A DNA stretch of 63,975 nucleotides, filler included, from Octopus bimaculoides (taxonomy: Eukaryota), in NCBI RefSeq assembly GCF_001194135.2. It is 6 parts of 6 records of this genome, joined end to end, with 100 filler letters (N's around TTAATTAATTAA, not from the genome) between each part and the next. Parts side by side here need not be neighbours in the genome. Positions count along the whole stretch, not along the records: positions 60,926 to 62,867 come from NW_026385507.1; positions 62,968 to 63,975 come from NW_026360518.1; 4 more parts are not named here. The stretch is one strand, 5' to 3'. Shown here one piece after another: positions 60,926 to 63,975 of the stretch. A program made the position numbers and the translations under genes. The notes below the pieces were generated by a model, which saw only the letters and a program-made list of their open reading frames with translations, was not told where the DNA came from and searched no databases. How positions within the stretch are numbered: position 1 is the stretch's first letter; each line of letters begins with the position of its first letter.

Positions 60926-61258
60926 TTGCTGTCAACTTGACAATGTGCATGTGAAATGATGCATTACTACACATGCTGATTCCCAGATCTCTTACTGTTT
61001 GTGGTTCTCGGATTGCAGTACCTCCAGGTCCTGTGTATGCCAGTTGGGAGGCACTTGTGGTCTTGTAGCGCAGTACTTTAAATTTTTTTGCATTGAACTG
61101 CATATTATTTTGCACTGCCCATTCATATATTGCATTTAGGTCATTCTGCAGGCTTACAATATCATCAGGATTCTTAATGCCTGAGATATCTTTGTGTCAT
61201 CAGCATAGCTAGTGACAGTGGCTCTCCGAGTGACCGTGGGCATGTCCAGAAGGGCCAT
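60926..61258 (-). mobile_element. CR1-group LINE RT fragment, same type as 16300-18480
   Basis: ALLDMPTVTRRATVTSYADDTKISQ..LQNDLNAIYEWAVQNNMQFNAKKFKVLRY. Confidence 0.85.
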
Positions 61259-61259
61259 A

Positions 61260-61484
61260 TATGTACAGATGTATATATACATAATTATACATATATGTAC
61301 ATATGTATATAGATATGTATATATATATTTATGTATATAGATATGTATATATATATTTATGTATATAGATATGTATATATATATTTATGTACATAGATAT
61401 GTGTATATATATATTTATATACATATGTGTATATATATAAATTTATGTACATAGATATGTGTATATATATATTTATGTACATAG

Positions 61485-61518
<34 letters not shown>

Positions 61519-61800
61519 CTATATATATATATATATGTGCATATATGTGTATATATGTTTATATACATATATAGTCCAACCCATGCCAGCATGGAAAGCG
61601 GACATTAAAGGACGATAATATGTTTATATATAATTATATACATGCAGATATATACGTATGTATATATATATATATATTTTTATATCCATGCATATATACA
61701 TATTTATATAAAAATATATATTTACATATATACATATTTTTATACATGAATATATATGTACATATATATGTATATATATTTATACACATGCATATATACA
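61260..61800. repeat. AT-rich (TA)/(TG) low-complexity array with ~26-nt subrepeats and an RTE 3' tail remnant
   Basis: TATATATTTATGTA(C/T)ATAGATATG is repeated. CCAACCCATGCCAGCATGGAAAGCGGAC at ~61577 matches the LINE tail at ~43725. Confidence 0.85.
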
Positions 61801-61814
61801 TATTTAAAATTTGA

Positions 61815-62860
61815 AACAAACTTATTTTAATATGGGGTAGGATCCCCTTTGGCAGTAATTATAGCCTGATTTCTATGAGGTATGGACTCGTACAAAGCTT
61901 GAATTGCTTCCAAAGGAATTTTTGTCCATTCTTCAGCTAAAACAGTTTCCAGTTCTTGTAGTGATGATTGTGAAGTATATCGAATCCTTAGTTGTTTTTC
62001 TAAAATGCACCATAAGTATTCTATATCATGTGATCCGGGGACTGTGGTGGCCAGAAAAGAGTTCAACTCTACTAGAACGTTTCTCATGCCATTCAGTAAC
62101 AACTTTAGCTGTGTGTATTGGGATATTATCATCCTGAAAGATTACGTTTCCCACTAGAAACAGTTCCACAACCATAGGATAAATTTGATCAGATAAAATG
62201 CTTTAATAGTCTTAACTATTAATTTTGCCATGAAGAGAAACCATTGGGCCGGTAGATTTCTAAGATATAGCCCTCTCCCTCCAGATCATCACAGATCCAC
62301 CTCCATGTTTAACATTTGGAAGAAGGCAGTCCAGGTTAAATGTTTCTTTTGGCTGTCTCCACACGTATACTCGGCCTGTGGTCGGAAATAATGTAAAGGA
62401 TGACTTGTCCGAGAAAATAACATTCTTCCACTGCTCTAGAGGCCAATTCTCTAGGTATTTTACTCCACTGTAAATGCTTGGCAATGTTTGTTTTTGAAAG
62501 TAGTGGTTTTCTGGTTGCAGCCCTCCCATGAAATCTGGCTTAGTGCAGCTGCTGGCGAACAGTTTTTGTTGAGATTGGGTTATCGAGGTGGTCATTAAGT
62601 TGTGCAGTAATTTTGGGAGCCGTACTTTTGTGACCCTTTTTAACAATTCACATAAGAGTCCGACGGTCCCAATCTGAAAGTTTTGGTTTTGTTCTGTAAT
62701 TTTGTTTTGAGAAGGAGTTTTTTTCTCTCTTTCTCAAAGGCTGTCATTACTTTCGAGATCATACTTCTTCCTACACGAAACATTTCAGCTGTTTTCCTTC
62801 TGCTAGTGAAAGTTTGTTATATCTGTCATTTTAATGAATTTTAATTACCTTTTTCTGATG
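61815..62860 (-). mobile_element. Tc1-type transposase relic
   Basis: WKNVIFSDKSSF, TVK-like NVKHGGGSVMIW, DIEYLW.ILEKQL and LYESIPHR.QAII.AKG.PTPY. Confidence 0.85.
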
Positions 62861-63059
62861 ATATCTGNNNNNNNNNNNNNNNNNNNNNNNNNNNNNNNNN
62901 NNNNNNNNNNNTTAATTAATTAANNNNNNNNNNNNNNNNNNNNNNNNNNNNNNNNNNNNNNNNNNNNCACCTACATAAAATTTCGCCCCTGCGTGGGCGA
63001 AATTTCCAAAATTTTGAAGGACATTGTGGTTTTATTTTAGCCATATTTTTTTTCAAAAA

Positions 63060-63975
63060 TGGCTACCGGACACCATGAGGTCAGCACGCAAGACATATGC
63101 GTGACGCCAGTGAGGTTGCACAAACAAAAGAGGAAGACTTTCCTAGCCTTCCCCACCACTATTTGCTGAACCTAATAGCTTGAACGTGACAATAACAACA
63201 ACAATAACAACAATAACAACAACAATAACAACAACAAAACCAAGGTTGCTAGGCCATTCACCATCACCGCCACCAAAGACTCTGCTGTCAACACCAACAC
63301 CACCACTTCAAAAACATCTGCTGCTACAGCTGCCTCCTCTGCTACCGATGACACCACCACCACCACCACCACCAGTGACAACAACAAAAACAAATCCAAT
63401 TTTGCCGAAGCCCTAAAACAAAAAAACCCCCAAAAAACAAACTATATTACATTTCACAACCGAACAAATAAAACAAAGTCCCTTTTAACCCAACAAGGTT
63501 CGAACCTACAACTTAACATACCACAAAATGTCATAGACATTATACAAAAAAGAGCCATTGTATACAAAGTAATTAACTCAAAAACACGCAGACCAGAGCA
63601 AGCACCACCGGAACTAATAGAAAAATGGTCCGATATGGACACATAAAAACTATGTGAACTGGTGGAACAAATATACAACGATACAAGTTCGCTTCAACAG
63701 CGAAGAAAAAGCAAAAGACCTCTCAACCCTAACCTTACAGTCTGAGAAACTAATTTTGGTTCCGACCTACCTTGGACAATGCGTGACCAAAATCTCCATC
63801 AAAAATGTCCCTTCAGAAGTAGAAACACAATGGCTGTTATCCCCATTTGTTACAATATGGAGGAGAACATAAACATCCTAGAGATTTCTGCCTTAGAGCA
63901 GCAAAATTGGTCCGGTAAAATGATCCAGGCCTTGATGCAAATAGATCAGAATTCAATCAATAGTATTCCACATCA
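63060..63975 (+). mobile_element. Probable LINE ORF1 (L1/Tx1-type) relic with (ACA)n/(CCA)n low complexity; runs off the window
   Basis: QVRFNSEEKAKDLSTLTLQSEKLILVPTYLGQCVTKISIKNVPSEVE resembles RRM-type LINE ORF1. Frameshifted. Weak, recognition-based call. Confidence 0.45.

Overview
AT-rich, repeat-dense animal genomic DNA with 14 assembly gaps. The SINE tails and repeat landscape suggest an octopus or other cephalopod; this is my inference, not a database result. Two host genes are visible only as scattered exons. A Myb transcription factor on the minus strand has an R3 exon at 54406-54534, a post-R3 exon at 45647-45812 and a probable 34-nt microexon at 43915-43948. A gelsolin/villin-family gene on the plus strand shows one exon at 25091-25218. 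Most of the rest is decayed mobile DNA: three Penelope-like retroelement (PLE) relics, RTE, CR1 and R4/Dong-type LINEs, a non-autonomous LTR element with a tRNA-Trp primer site and 4-bp TSD, four mariner copies, Tc1, hAT and piggyBac relics, MITEs, tRNA-derived SINEs and microsatellites. The most interesting signals are: (i) at least four minimal type-I hammerhead-ribozyme motifs with palindromic stem III, two of them sense-oriented inside host introns; (ii) two foldback palindromes carrying hammerhead remnants, one about 2.1 kb; (iii) a PLE whose RT-endonuclease linker has two long Asn/Ser/Thr-rich insertions; (iv) a triplicated, over-long tRNA-Trp PBS; (v) two convergent genes whose 3' exons cannot be found between them. 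No CRISPR, rRNA or true tRNA gene was seen. Most ORFs in the supplied track are gap or microsatellite artefacts. All calls were made by eye, and TE boundaries are approximate unless TIRs or TSDs are quoted.
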